From the IMG/VR virus record IMGVR_UViG_3300024502_000010, positions 62,001 to 126,000 of that record: 64,000 nt of DNA. One strand, given 5' to 3'. This document shows, piece after piece, positions 11,281-22,197 of the stretch. How positions within the stretch are numbered: the stretch's first letter is position 1; every line of letters begins with the position of its first letter. Position numbers and translations under genes: made by a program. The notes under the pieces were generated by a model. It saw only the letters and a list, made by a program, of their open reading frames with translations. It did not search any database and had not been told where the DNA came from.

Positions 11281-14200
11281 TCATTTTTTACTCCAACTAC
11301 CTCGTTCATATAATGCTTCTGTAAGTTTGTTATGCCATTCCAATCTGGCATCTCGTTGTTCTTCGTATTCTTCGTCAGTAGGAATGGGAGCAAGTTTTGC
11401 CCACCAACTACCATCAAGTTTCCATAAGGTATTGTCGGAACATAATACCATATCACCAGAGATTTGTATAGGTTTTCTTTCAGTCATCACAGGTTTCCTT
11501 TGCTATTTTTTTAATCCAAATAATATCAAGTTTGTTTGCCTTTTTTACTACTCTACCATATTTACTATAACGAAGTCCCCCACCATTTCCCAAATCAAAT
11601 ACAAAAGGACGGTCATCATCTGGATAGGTGGGAGAATTTCTAATTTTACCATAAAGAGTTGTATCGTCTCTGCGAACAACTTTGACGACATAATCAACAC
11701 ATTCTTCAAGATTAACAATTTCAGTCATCTTGCCCTCATCGCAGCAATCACAGCATCACGGGCACTTTTACCTTTTGCTCTACTCATAGGAAATCCACTA
11801 TTCATAAAAACCCAATCGTGTTCTCCATTCATTTTAGGAGAACACATCTTGAATTGATTGAGTAGAAATTCAAGGATTTCTGTGTCTGTTGGTTCAGTCA
11901 TTTTCTTCATCGGGTAGTTTTTCATTCAAATCAATACCATCTAAAACTTTATCAGACCATTTTAGCACATTCTCAATCAGTTTATCATTAACTTCTTTTT
12001 TCTTTTCCACAAACTTTTCAATCAGTTCATCATTAGGGTCGTTGAGGATTTGTTTTACTGGGTCTTTCTCTTCAATCATCAGTTTGATTTGTTTGAGATT
12101 ATCATAAAGTTCTTTATTGAAATCATAACATTCAGTCAAATGGTCTATGTTGTTGTCCTCAAAGTTAGTTTCCTCACGGATTTCCCAAGACAAACCATCC
12201 ATATCTGCTGCGGTTTCTGTGAGAAAGTATTCAAGTGTTTCAAGTAAATTCATTTTCTAATTACAGCAATTACTTTACGATTTGGATACTTCTCTACAAT
12301 TATATCACGAGCACTCTCATAATCAATAGCATCCTTTACGGTTTCATAATACACAGTTTTATCTGCATCATCCCAAGTTTGAACTTCGTAAGTCATTTCT
12401 CCTCCCAATTTGCTCTCACATCTTTATAAGGTTCTGCTTTTACTACATTATGAATAGTAGGAGTAGTGCTTGAAGCAGGTGGAATATAAGGAGTGCTATA
12501 AAGTGGTGGAGATTTACTCAAATACTCTTCAATAATATTACAAGACCATCCATCCTCATAGAATTGCTTACCATAGAAAACAGCATCTTCCTTATTTGGA
12601 AAGGAAGCAACATAAGTTTCGTTGTGATAGAGTGAATAAACTTTCATTTCACATTCTCCCTTGCTTTGCGAGCAGCATCATAAAGTTCCCGAAGTCGTTG
12701 AGACCTATCCTTTCGTTTATTGACTTGTTCTGGACTATTATACCACACACTATCAGTTCCGTGTAATGGGCAATCTGGATTGAGGTTTTTGCTATTGGAG
12801 GTCTTGGTTCCTATTTGAATGTAAGAACAGGTGCATTTAGTCATTTTACAGAACTCACAAATACAGGAACTTCACCACAAATGTTAGTTGCGGAATTAAT
12901 CACATTATAAGACTTCCTACATTCTATCACAATCTCATAAGATTTCAAGAACATCTCTCTGTCCTTTTGAGTATTGTAAGTATTCAGTAGTTCCATAGAA
13001 AGGAAATAACCAGTAATGATGAGAAGTGGAATGATGAAGATAAAGATAAAGGGTTTCATTTCACTCATAGTAGGACATATCATAACTACCTTCATTATAA
13101 CCCATTTGAAAGATTTCTTGGGCAAACTTCACAAAGGCATCAAAGTTTCCAGAATACTCCCAACCATCATTTTCATCCCAATCTTCTTCAAAGTGTTCTT
13201 TTACAAGTTTGATGACTTCTTCATCTAAAATCATAGTCATTTTTCTCCTGTTCTAAAACATCACGGGCACGGTCAGCAATCTGTCTCAAACTAATGCGAG
13301 GGTCATTATAAGATGTCGGAGTCCAATTATCACACCAACTATCAAGTTCAATAATAACTCGTTCTAATGCTGATTGAGTTTTAGTCATCACCAATCCAAC
13401 TCCACATAAATGCTCCACCCCAAATTATTAGGCAGATTATCTTTCAGGTATTCTAACATATAATCCTGAAAATCATAAGCAGTTGGAGAACATTCTTCAA
13501 TCAACACACCATACTCCAAATCCTCTTCGTGAATACTATATTTCACCCACACATCAACCACTCGTAGGTCAGCATAATTTACACCACCAAATCGTTCTGT
13601 GGAATTCTTGAGTTCTTCAAGTGCCTTTGTAGCAACCTCCTGAATGAGTGTGAGGTTCTTATTAAGTGTTTCGTTCATCGTATCCCCGCATCAAATAATT
13701 TTTTTAGTTCATGATAAACAAGTTTTAGTGTATTATCAGTTTCTAAATTTACATCTCTCAAAATCCAATAGAGTTCTTTTGCTTGTTGTTCTGTTAGTTC
13801 CAAGACATAAGATTTTTTGATTTCAATCATTTTCAATCTCCTCTACATTTACATAAGGAGCAGTTTTCCATTCACTCCATTCCTCACAATCATAAAGGAT
13901 GGGAGGACATAAATTACCAGAAGCATCAGTAGTAAAAATATGATACCGATACTGAATGTCTGGTTTCACTCCCAGTTCATTCTCAACGATACGAAGTTCA
14001 ATCATTTTCCAAGTTCCTTTTGAATACGATACTCACACCATTCTGTATGATTTTTAAGTTCTCCGTTGATTTGTGGGTCACTTATCTTACAATAAGAACA
14101 GCAGTAATAAGGATTACCACCACCAATAGGTTCTTTTGGATAGTCGTTATAATATTGGTTCATTTCACAAAATCTCCAATCACAGGAACTTCTCCACAAA

Positions 14201-15853
14201 TCTCATTCACTCTTACTACTGTTTGGTCTTTGAGTGCTTGACGACACTCCAAGTTTTTATTGTATGTTTGTTGGAATAATACTCGTTGTTGTTGGGCATC
14301 ATAGGTGATGATAGCACCAGCAACGATTGCAATAAAAAATACAAACAAAACTGCCCAATCAATTCCATCAAATTTCATACTTAGCCTCCACTTCTTTCAC
14401 CCGTTCCATAAAACTATCTTCACCATGATCACCTGAATACAGATAATCAATATGCCTCATAATCTCTGCCATCTTTTTCATTTTTGGCAGTTGTTCTTTT
14501 AGATATTCGATAGTTTCTGGTTCAAAAGCAGGATAATACTCTTCACCATAGTATCCACCATCTTCACGTTTCTGACCATTTTTGAGAATCTCATCTTCCA
14601 ATTCATCAGCAAACTGATAAACTTTGTAGTAATCGTAACCACAGTTACCAAAATGTCCACCACTCATTTTCCAAGTCCTACTGGGGGTTTGATGTCGTTG
14701 AACTCATCATACAGCATCCTGGCAAAATGGATGTTAGGTCTTGTGCCAGTTTCCAAACTGGTACTGGTTGCAACAGTCCACATTATATCAAGTTCTCTTT
14801 TGTCAGGTAGAGGTTTAGTCATCTTTCAACTTCATATAATCTTTTGCTTGATAGAACAACTCATCACGCCAGTTTCTCCCCCAGATATCAAAAGTAAATC
14901 CTAAACGACCAAGAGAGAATAGAAAGGAAAACAGTCTACCATATCCCATAGAGATTTGAAGATAAGGCCACTCAATCCACTTACCATATTCACCAAAATC
15001 AACTGCAACTTGAAGCAGTGAATATCGTTCAGTAAGAAAGAGTGATAGGTAGAACTCTTTACCATAATCCTCTCTTACACCCCATTTTGCGACTTGAAAG
15101 ATTTTCATTGGTTTAGTTCCTCTGCAAGTCGAATCATATCACCTTTATCCAAAACAATTCTACCATCTTGAGCCGTAAAGAACTGCACTTTTTCTGCAGC
15201 AAGACAAAGAATAGCAGAAACTAACTTTTCTTCAGTATCAGCACCGAAATTATTTCGGTGTTCCCATACTTCATTCATAAATTCTTGTGCTCGTTCAGTC
15301 ATTTTACTTTACCGTGAATAGGACAATCAGCATTAACCCACTTGCGTTCTTCAGGCATCTCTTCATTATCCATTACAGGACACTTACAACCTTTCTCAAC
15401 TGCTTCAGGAGACCCAGGAACAACACCATTCCATTCTTGATGAGTCATTGCTGACATTTCCTCATCGGTATATTGAGGATTTTCGGGTTGCTGGCAGCGT
15501 GAAAGTTTTGCTTTCAGATCATAAATCTCATCTTCCAACCTACGGAGTTCTTTAGAATAATCCTCTGACATCATCAGCTCAAACTCTTCCGAAATTTTAC
15601 GCATATCTTCTTCACTACGCATATCATTAAATGCAAGCGAACAAGCACCTTTCATAATACCAATTTCATTATGTCCCATCGTGCGGGCAACAGTTCCAAA
15701 GAAACGGAAGAGTTGAATGGTGTTGATGTCTTCACAGGGAATCTCAAAAGTATAATGCTCCTCAGGAAGAGTTTCGTCGTCATACATTCCAGACGAATAA
15801 CTTGGAGTCCATTCAGTATCAAAAGAAACTTTGAGTTTTGCTGTGTAGGTCAT
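11281..15853 (-). other. Array of about 22 co-oriented small hypothetical CDSs (e.g. 11480-11728, 11894-12253, 12393-12647, 12644-12844, 12841-13125, 13388-13678, 13823-14005, 14002-14199, 14160-14378, 14368-14667, 14815-15108, 15105-15302, 15299-15853)
   Basis: Contiguous minus-strand ORFs with ATGA overlaps; no confident domain calls. Confidence 0.75.
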
Positions 15854-15875
15854 TGCTTTGGATGTCTATGCACCT

Positions 15876-15933
15876 ACTATAAAACCCTTGACCGCGAAAG
15901 TCAAGGGTGAATGGACAGACTTTAAACTGGTCT
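15876..15933 (-). promoter_or_regulatory. Hairpin promoter cassette 3
   Basis: TTGACT (15899-15904)-N17-TATAGT (15876-15881); CCCTTGAC/GTCAAGGG hairpin; palindrome TGGACAGACTTTAAACTGGTCT 15912-15933. Confidence 0.8.
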
Positions 15934-17957
15934 ATGTGGTCAAGAGTTTTCTACATATTCTTCTACAACTCTGCGTATCCTCATCACATTCAGTTAGACA
16001 TTCAAAATATGAATTCATAATTTCGTGCTGGTCTATAAACTCATCTAGCGTATTACCGATTTTTTTCCACCCAGCAAGTTGATTGTAAGAAATTAAATTG
16101 TGCATAATGACCTCCACGCACAAAGAATATCATAATAAAGAGTTTTCAGTTCATTTTTATGACCTTACTATTCTACCACTATCTAGGAGGTTTATGTGGA
16201 TTGCTTAATACAACTTAATTATAAATTGAACAAGGAACTCTGACTCGTTCTCTCCAAGTCCTTACATATCCAGGATTCCATCTATTGCCTGGCACATATT
16301 CTTCACGATACACAACTTCTGTGCAAATTGGTTCTCTATAATAAACTCTTGGTTCAAAAGGTTCCCAAAACTCTCTCCAAGTGATAGCACTTGCGGGTAG
16401 AGTTGCAAATGGCAAAAGTAAAAGTAAATATTTCATCAGTCTCTTTGTCGCCAATCGTCTGGTTTGTCTCCTGTGAAGAAATCAATAATATCATCAGCTC
16501 CATTGAATCCAGTGCGGTGATTTGAAGGGTCGGGATCACCCAAATCCAATGCGTTCATAAAGTCATCTAAACTTCCTTCTTGCATATCTGGATTTGCAGC
16601 ACGGCGTCTTGCTTGCCTTAGAAGTGTTGCAGCGGAACGATTTGCTTTTGCCAACTTCTCTGCCCAAATCATGTCGCTTAACTCTACAGATTCGCCTTTT
16701 ACAATTCGCTCACAGATTGCTTCAAGGCGAAGACGGTATTGAGTGGAGAGCATATGTATTACTCAGATAATGTTTATTTATTTCTTGATTTTAACTCCTG
16801 TTGCAATTCCTTCGCAAGTTTATATGCTCTTCTCCACATAAAATACTTTACAATTGGATTTGCTGGATTATGTAAAATCCACCACTTTGTCTTTTCATAC
16901 TGTACTCTTGCTAGTTGAGTTAGCATATAAAATGCCCTCGCTACTGATTGGTCTGTAGCAATAAAATACAAAACAAAAGCAAATATAATCAACCAAAAGG
17001 TATAAGAACTCATTGTCTCAATGTCTTAAGATATTGTAGGACTTGTTCACGAACTGCCATAAGTTCATTAAAACACTTTTGGTTATGAGCACAGTTGCGA
17101 AGTTCAGGATCTGGTTTCAATACACTTTCCTCAAAGAGAGTCAGTCCACGATTCCACTTGTCAATTTGAGATTCTTCATTCATTGTTTTACTACTTTAAC
17201 GGGACAGGAAGGAATAACTTTGCGGATTTCTTGAATAATTTCTGTTCTTTGAACTTCAGTTAATCCCACAACTTTAGAAATGCGTTGAATCACACTCAAT
17301 GCGTCAGAGCAAGTAATAATGGTTGCAGTAAGAAATACAACCATGGTTTTCTCCTATTCTACTACTATTTAAGGTAGTTTATAATTTTTTAAGAAATTAA
17401 GTCATGTCGAAGGCAGACCAACTTACCAATCAAAACACCATAGCGTAGCAAAACAGCACGATCTTCATGCTCTTTTGATTCTTTCTTAACCAATCGAATT
17501 AGTTCGATAATATCGTCCAAATTCAAGTCTGTATCTTGAATGTTATGTTCAGTAACTTTCATCAGTCCCAACTAATATTTTCAAGAAGAACACCTGGCAT
17601 TACATAAGTCCAACCACTACCACCAACTTTATAATCAAACTTATATTCAAATTTGTTGTGACTATCCCAAGTCACATATCCTTTCTCTTTATCAAACCGT
17701 CCTTTGATAGTCAAACCAAACTTATTGGAGAAAATGTTACGAGTTCTCAATGCTCCACCAGTTTCACGAGTTTCAATGACTTTACAAACATCATCATAGG
17801 TTTGAACACCATACTCTAAAATACAGTTTGTTTCATATACAAAAGGACGATAAACTTTTACCTTAGGAACTACTGGTGCAGACTGTGCAAAAACAGGAGA
17901 ACCAAACAATAGTGCAGCAAGAACAATCAGTTTTTTCATCCAACAACCCTCCAACAA
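15932..17957 (-). other. Cluster of small hypothetical CDSs (15932-16123, 16215-16454, 16436-16753, 16774-17013, 17010-17183, 17180-17344, 17389-17571, 17562-17957)
   Basis: Packed minus-strand ORFs; several have N-terminal hydrophobic/signal segments; late-promoter-like TAAATA near 16775 and 17367. Confidence 0.7.
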
Positions 17958-18247
17958 ACGACAGCGTTACCTTTTTTTACAGAAGAAATGTGAGCAAAAG
18001 CAGCATAAGAAAGATCCAAATCAGCATGTGAGTATGGACCACGATCATTTACACGAACAATAACTTGTTTACCATTGTCTTGATTTGTCACCCGTATGCG
18101 TGAACCCATAGGTAGATAAGGGTGAGCTGCAGTCCAACGATAAGCGTCAAACCGCTCACCATTCGCAGTAACTTTTCCATGAAATCCGTCTCCGACTCCA
18201 TAGTATGTAGAAATTCCACAAGTCAACGCAGCAATCAATCCAATCAT
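17936..18247 (-). CDS. rlpA: RlpA-like lytic transglycosylase (double-psi beta-barrel) with signal peptide
   Basis: STYYG..FHG..TANGERFD...TAAH..LPMGS.IRVTN..NGK.VIVRVNDRGPY and DLS..AF motifs. Confidence 0.9.
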   Translation of the reverse strand: MIGLIAALTCGISTYYGVGDGFHGKVTANGERFDAYRWTAAHPYLPMGSRIRVTNQDNGKQVIVRVNDRGPYSHADLDLSYAAFAHISSVKKGNAVVCWRVVG

Positions 18248-18462
18248 TTCTCAATTTTCCAATGTTCATTACCAGACTTGGGAATCCAAGTGCAGTATTG
18301 TCGATTGATAGAAACCAAAAATAACATGTTATCAGTTTCTTGTTCCACTTCCATTGTATGAAGTGATTGCATGATATTCACAAAGCGATTCTTTGCCTTG
18401 GAACTTAGCGGTGTTACACTTACAAATTTCTTCTTGGTCTTAGGAGCTTTCATAGTGATCAT
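18244..18462 (-). CDS. Hypothetical protein
   Basis: 72-aa ORF downstream of the promoter at 18487-18515. Confidence 0.65.
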   Translation of the reverse strand: MITMKAPKTKKKFVSVTPLSSKAKNRFVNIMQSLHTMEVEQETDNMLFLVSINRQYCTWIPKSGNEHWKIEK

Positions 18463-18486
18463 AGTTTTTCAACCTCCACAAAGGTC

Positions 18487-18515
18487 ATTGTACAGAGTTT
18501 TCAGTGTTGTGTCAA
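18487..18515 (-). promoter_or_regulatory. sigma70-like promoter
   Basis: TTGACA (18510-18515)-N17-TACAAT (18487-18492). Confidence 0.8.
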
Positions 18516-18926
18516 GTAGTCTAAGTATTCATTGAAAAGCACTTCTTCCATTTGAAATGCTTGTTGTTCCCATGGTTGGTCTTCATAGTCCGTCTCAGAG
18601 TGGTCTATGCCCCTCCAGTACCTCTTTCCGTGCTTATCCTTCAGAGCACCCATAACATGCTGATAAACATGCCAGAGTTCGTGTAGAAGGGTTCTGGTGT
18701 AATGGTCAGGGTCCATATGATTGTGTAGTTCAATCTCAAAGCATCTTGGTCTCCAATTACAACCAATTACTCCTACCCAACCATAAACTCCATCGCGTAA
18801 CATTCCACGATGATTGACAATGATTTCAAGTTTATATCTTGGAAGGTGTTTGGAAATGAACCAATCTACAACTTGATTGCAACGACGCTTGCTATAGTTG
18901 TATCCACTGGTGTATAATGTAAGCAT
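18501..18926 (-). CDS. Zincin/SprT-like metallopeptidase domain protein
   Basis: TLLHELWHVYQH (HExxH) followed by PWEQQAF (third ligand E). Confidence 0.7.
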   Translation of the reverse strand: MLTLYTSGYNYSKRRCNQVVDWFISKHLPRYKLEIIVNHRGMLRDGVYGWVGVIGCNWRPRCFEIELHNHMDPDHYTRTLLHELWHVYQHVMGALKDKHGKRYWRGIDHSETDYEDQPWEQQAFQMEEVLFNEYLDYLTQH

Positions 18927-19053
18927 CAGAATAGTGCATTAAACACTGCTTCGGTTACTTTGGTTGCCCAATGAGCAACCCATACAAAACTGCCGACAAA
19001 AATCAGTCGGTTCAGATTTGAGTACCTCATTCGTTTCTCAGGTGTCTTTAGAC

Positions 19054-19111
19054 ATTATAAAACCTCCCAAGTCGGTTTTGGGAGGTCAGTGGACAGTTTT
19101 ATGAGTGTCTA
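19054..19111 (-). promoter_or_regulatory. Hairpin promoter cassette 4
   Basis: TATAAT 19054-19059; ACCTCCCAA/TTGGGAGGT hairpin; palindrome TGGACAGTTTTATGAGTGTCTA 19090-19111; -35 position reads CCCAAA. Confidence 0.7.
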
Positions 19112-19119
19112 CCTCAAGT

Positions 19120-19587
19120 TCAATTTGGAATTAAATTTAGTAAAGATTCTAAATCACTTATTGAACTGAACGAATATCTGTTTTTCAGAGGAAATTCTGG
19201 AAAGACATATTCTTCAGGATATAAATCTTCGTTAGAAAGAAAACGAAGATTTGATCTATATTCAACTAAACTTGAATATTCCGCATCGGATAAAGATGTT
19301 TCTCCATTAGAACTAGATTGTTCAGAATGTCTTTGAACTAACCAATCAGTTTCAGTTAAAACTAAAGAAACTTTAGTTTTTAATTCTGTTTGATAACTTT
19401 TCTTAAATGTGTTGCGATTAAATTGTTCAACCTCAGTTTCGGAGAATGGAACTACTTCCCCATCAACAAGTTTATAAAAACTATGACCTTCATGTTCAGT
19501 TGGAATTAAATACCAACCATCACCTTCTTGTTCAGATGATACTTGAACTGTACTAATATTTTGTTCGTTAAATTGTACGTATGCCAT
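19120..19587 (-). CDS. Putative tail-fibre assembly chaperone
   Basis: L..TDWLV.R.....YR..LR.L motif typical of fibre chaperones; directly downstream of fibre genes. Confidence 0.6.
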   Translation of the reverse strand: MAYVQFNEQNISTVQVSSEQEGDGWYLIPTEHEGHSFYKLVDGEVVPFSETEVEQFNRNTFKKSYQTELKTKVSLVLTETDWLVQRHSEQSSSNGETSLSDAEYSSLVEYRSNLRFLSNEDLYPEEYVFPEFPLKNRYSFSSISDLESLLNLIPN

Positions 19588-19605
19588 TAGAGTACTCCTT
19601 TTATA

Positions 19606-20868
19606 TTATCTATTACCATACATGTCTGCACATGCATTATAAACTTTGTAGAATTGATACTGATTAGTTGAAGTTAGACCGTATCTATACCAATCAGCAA
19701 ATTTCATAGTATTAATCATTCTACTATCAACTTGAATATATGGATCAGAAAAAGTAGATGATAAATTATAGAATTTATTTTGGTCATACATCCAAAAAAT
19801 ACCACCAGTATTTGTCCAATAGTATGATGTTGCAACTTGCATGACAACATAAGTTGTTTGTGCTGGAATTGTAATGTTTGCCGACCAAGTAAGTCCGTAA
19901 CTACTATTACCAGTTCTTTGCCCAAGATTTGTCCAAGTACCAGATGTTACTCCACTATAAGTTCCGTTTTGTCCCGGAGAATATACCCACAAAGAACTTC
20001 CATCATGTCCAGATGACCAATATGATGAATGCATTCCATAAATTGTAATTGTCTTAGAAATGTTGGAATGATTACGAATTGGCATCATTAAGATGCTTAC
20101 GGGGTTGTAAGAAGTACTGTTTGGATATGCTCCTGATAGAGCTTGAGAACCTATATTATTCCCAGTCACATTCATCTGCTGTCTAGTGAGAGGATAATTT
20201 TGTCCAGTATCTCCATAATTATAAGTACTATCATTTACTCTTGGGATAAATCCTAAACCAAACCAAGACCACTGTTCGGCATCAGACTGTCCATTGGCAC
20301 CATATGCACGAAGATCGCTGACCAATGGACCAGCAGCTACAGCAGGACCATTAGTTGCCCAACCATTCAGAGTATTTTGTCTTGCATTAATACTATAGAT
20401 TGCCGAAATACTTTTTCTTGTTCCGCCAAAAATCTGCTCAAGAGAGTTATAATCGGCAGATGTGACTGGTTGCCAAGTTTGATCACCTCTTAAGAAAGTT
20501 CCTGAGTTAGCAGTACCTGATGCTAATCTTGCAGTTGGTATTGTACCAGAACTAAGATTTCCTGCATTAAAAAATATCGAACTATCATATCCATCAAGTA
20601 AATCTGCATTCAGATTGTTTACTTTAGTTGTAGATGAAACTGTAAATGGCGCGGTGCCTGAAGCAGTATTTGATGTAAAAGTAGGTGCAGTAATAGTACC
20701 ACTAGAAACGGTAAATCCCGAGGGGAAATTGGCTGAAGAAAGAGTTGTAATTCCAGTTACATTCAGATTTCCTTGAACAGTAATGCTACCCGTAGATGTC
20801 AAAGCAGGAACAGTAGGTCCACCTGTCCCTAATCTATTTGCAATATTATCAACATTTAGTTGAGACAT
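19606..20868 (-). CDS. Tail-fibre/fibre-like virion protein
   Basis: MSQLNVDNI.NRLGTGGP start, LNADLLDG and GTANSGTFLRGDQTW fibre motifs, Ser/Thr/Gly-rich. Confidence 0.7.
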   Translation of the reverse strand: MSQLNVDNIANRLGTGGPTVPALTSTGSITVQGNLNVTGITTLSSANFPSGFTVSSGTITAPTFTSNTASGTAPFTVSSTTKVNNLNADLLDGYDSSIFFNAGNLSSGTIPTARLASGTANSGTFLRGDQTWQPVTSADYNSLEQIFGGTRKSISAIYSINARQNTLNGWATNGPAVAAGPLVSDLRAYGANGQSDAEQWSWFGLGFIPRVNDSTYNYGDTGQNYPLTRQQMNVTGNNIGSQALSGAYPNSTSYNPVSILMMPIRNHSNISKTITIYGMHSSYWSSGHDGSSLWVYSPGQNGTYSGVTSGTWTNLGQRTGNSSYGLTWSANITIPAQTTYVVMQVATSYYWTNTGGIFWMYDQNKFYNLSSTFSDPYIQVDSRMINTMKFADWYRYGLTSTNQYQFYKVYNACADMYGNR

Positions 20869-20899
20869 ATCCCTAATTTGTTTTTTAGTTATTTATAGT

Positions 20900-22153
20900 C
20901 TATTTATTTAATCCCAGTGGATTTATAACTACAACCTTATTGGAATCAATGTTTAAAGTTCCGTTAAAATCTATCACTAACTTTGCAAAATTTCCTACAA
21001 CATAACTTGACGAGACTCCTGTATTTTGATTTCCAATTGTGATTGTTTCATTCGCTAATATTCTTTTTTCAAAAGGTAGATGCCCAAACATATCTTTTGC
21101 ATCTTCAACATATGATCCAAGAATACCTTCATCTCTCATTGCAACTTCAATTCGTGAAGTTGAGTTATTGACCCTAACGCTTACTCCAGTTCCAACAAAG
21201 TCTAATGTCGTAAGACCTGCACCAACATATATTCCATTAGAGTTTATACCAACGATTGCACCTGCTGTGATATTTAATAATCTTCGGTTGAAATCAATAA
21301 CTGGTACATTGCCTGCTCTGTATTGTCCTGTTATATTAAAGTTTGCTGATGTTGTGACTCCGGATATGAAAGAATCGCCATCAACATAAAGAGCTGATGT
21401 TGGAGCAGCAAAATTAATACCCAAAGATCCGTTAAAATATGCACCGCCAGCAACTTGAAGTCTTTGGTTTGCCGTTCCAGTTGGGGTATCTGCGCCAATT
21501 AATAGAGCACTTGAAGCGTGTCTCCATCTAAATCTATTTGTAGAGTTAGTCTGGAATATAATATCTTGAGAATCATTATGATTAATGATTAATCCACCTG
21601 TAGTTGATGTTATCAGAGTTCTATTCCCAGTACCACCAACTTCAGATAATCCTAAAGTTCCGGCAATAGAAACTTGAGTTGTTGGCGTAACTGTAAGAGC
21701 AATTCCAAGTCTTGATGATATATATGCGTTGCCAGTTACTTGAAGTGATTGTGATGGAGTGCCAGTTGAAGTGGCAGATCCAATTATAACTGGATTTCCT
21801 CTAAAAAGCGTAGTATTTGTAAATGTGGAAATTCCAGTAAAAAGAGAAGTGTCAGTTACATGAAATTTTGATGTTGGAGTTGAAATTCCGATACCAACAT
21901 TATCAGTACCTGTATCATAAAAAAAGTTATTTGCACCCGCAGGATATCCACCATTATTCAATTGAATTGATTTTGCTGGACCCGTTGGAACAAATGATGC
22001 GACAATATTAGTTAAATATCTACCATCTCCATGATAATAATTGGCAGTAACAACACCAGAAACATTTATATCTGTTAATATTCCTATTCTTTTAGCCGCA
22101 TCATTTACACCCAAATAAGATGCAAACTGCGATAGTTCTCTGTTGTATGCCAT
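20900..22153 (-). CDS. Fibre-like virion structural protein
   Basis: Repeated VGIGT..PT..L.V.G fibre motifs; late promoter near 20890 drives the next gene. Confidence 0.7.
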   Translation of the reverse strand: MAYNRELSQFASYLGVNDAAKRIGILTDINVSGVVTANYYHGDGRYLTNIVASFVPTGPAKSIQLNNGGYPAGANNFFYDTGTDNVGIGISTPTSKFHVTDTSLFTGISTFTNTTLFRGNPVIIGSATSTGTPSQSLQVTGNAYISSRLGIALTVTPTTQVSIAGTLGLSEVGGTGNRTLITSTTGGLIINHNDSQDIIFQTNSTNRFRWRHASSALLIGADTPTGTANQRLQVAGGAYFNGSLGINFAAPTSALYVDGDSFISGVTTSANFNITGQYRAGNVPVIDFNRRLLNITAGAIVGINSNGIYVGAGLTTLDFVGTGVSVRVNNSTSRIEVAMRDEGILGSYVEDAKDMFGHLPFEKRILANETITIGNQNTGVSSSYVVGNFAKLVIDFNGTLNIDSNKVVVINPLGLNK

Positions 22154-22197
22154 TCTTGTAGATCTCCTATGTCTTATTTAGAATTGGAGCGAAATAA

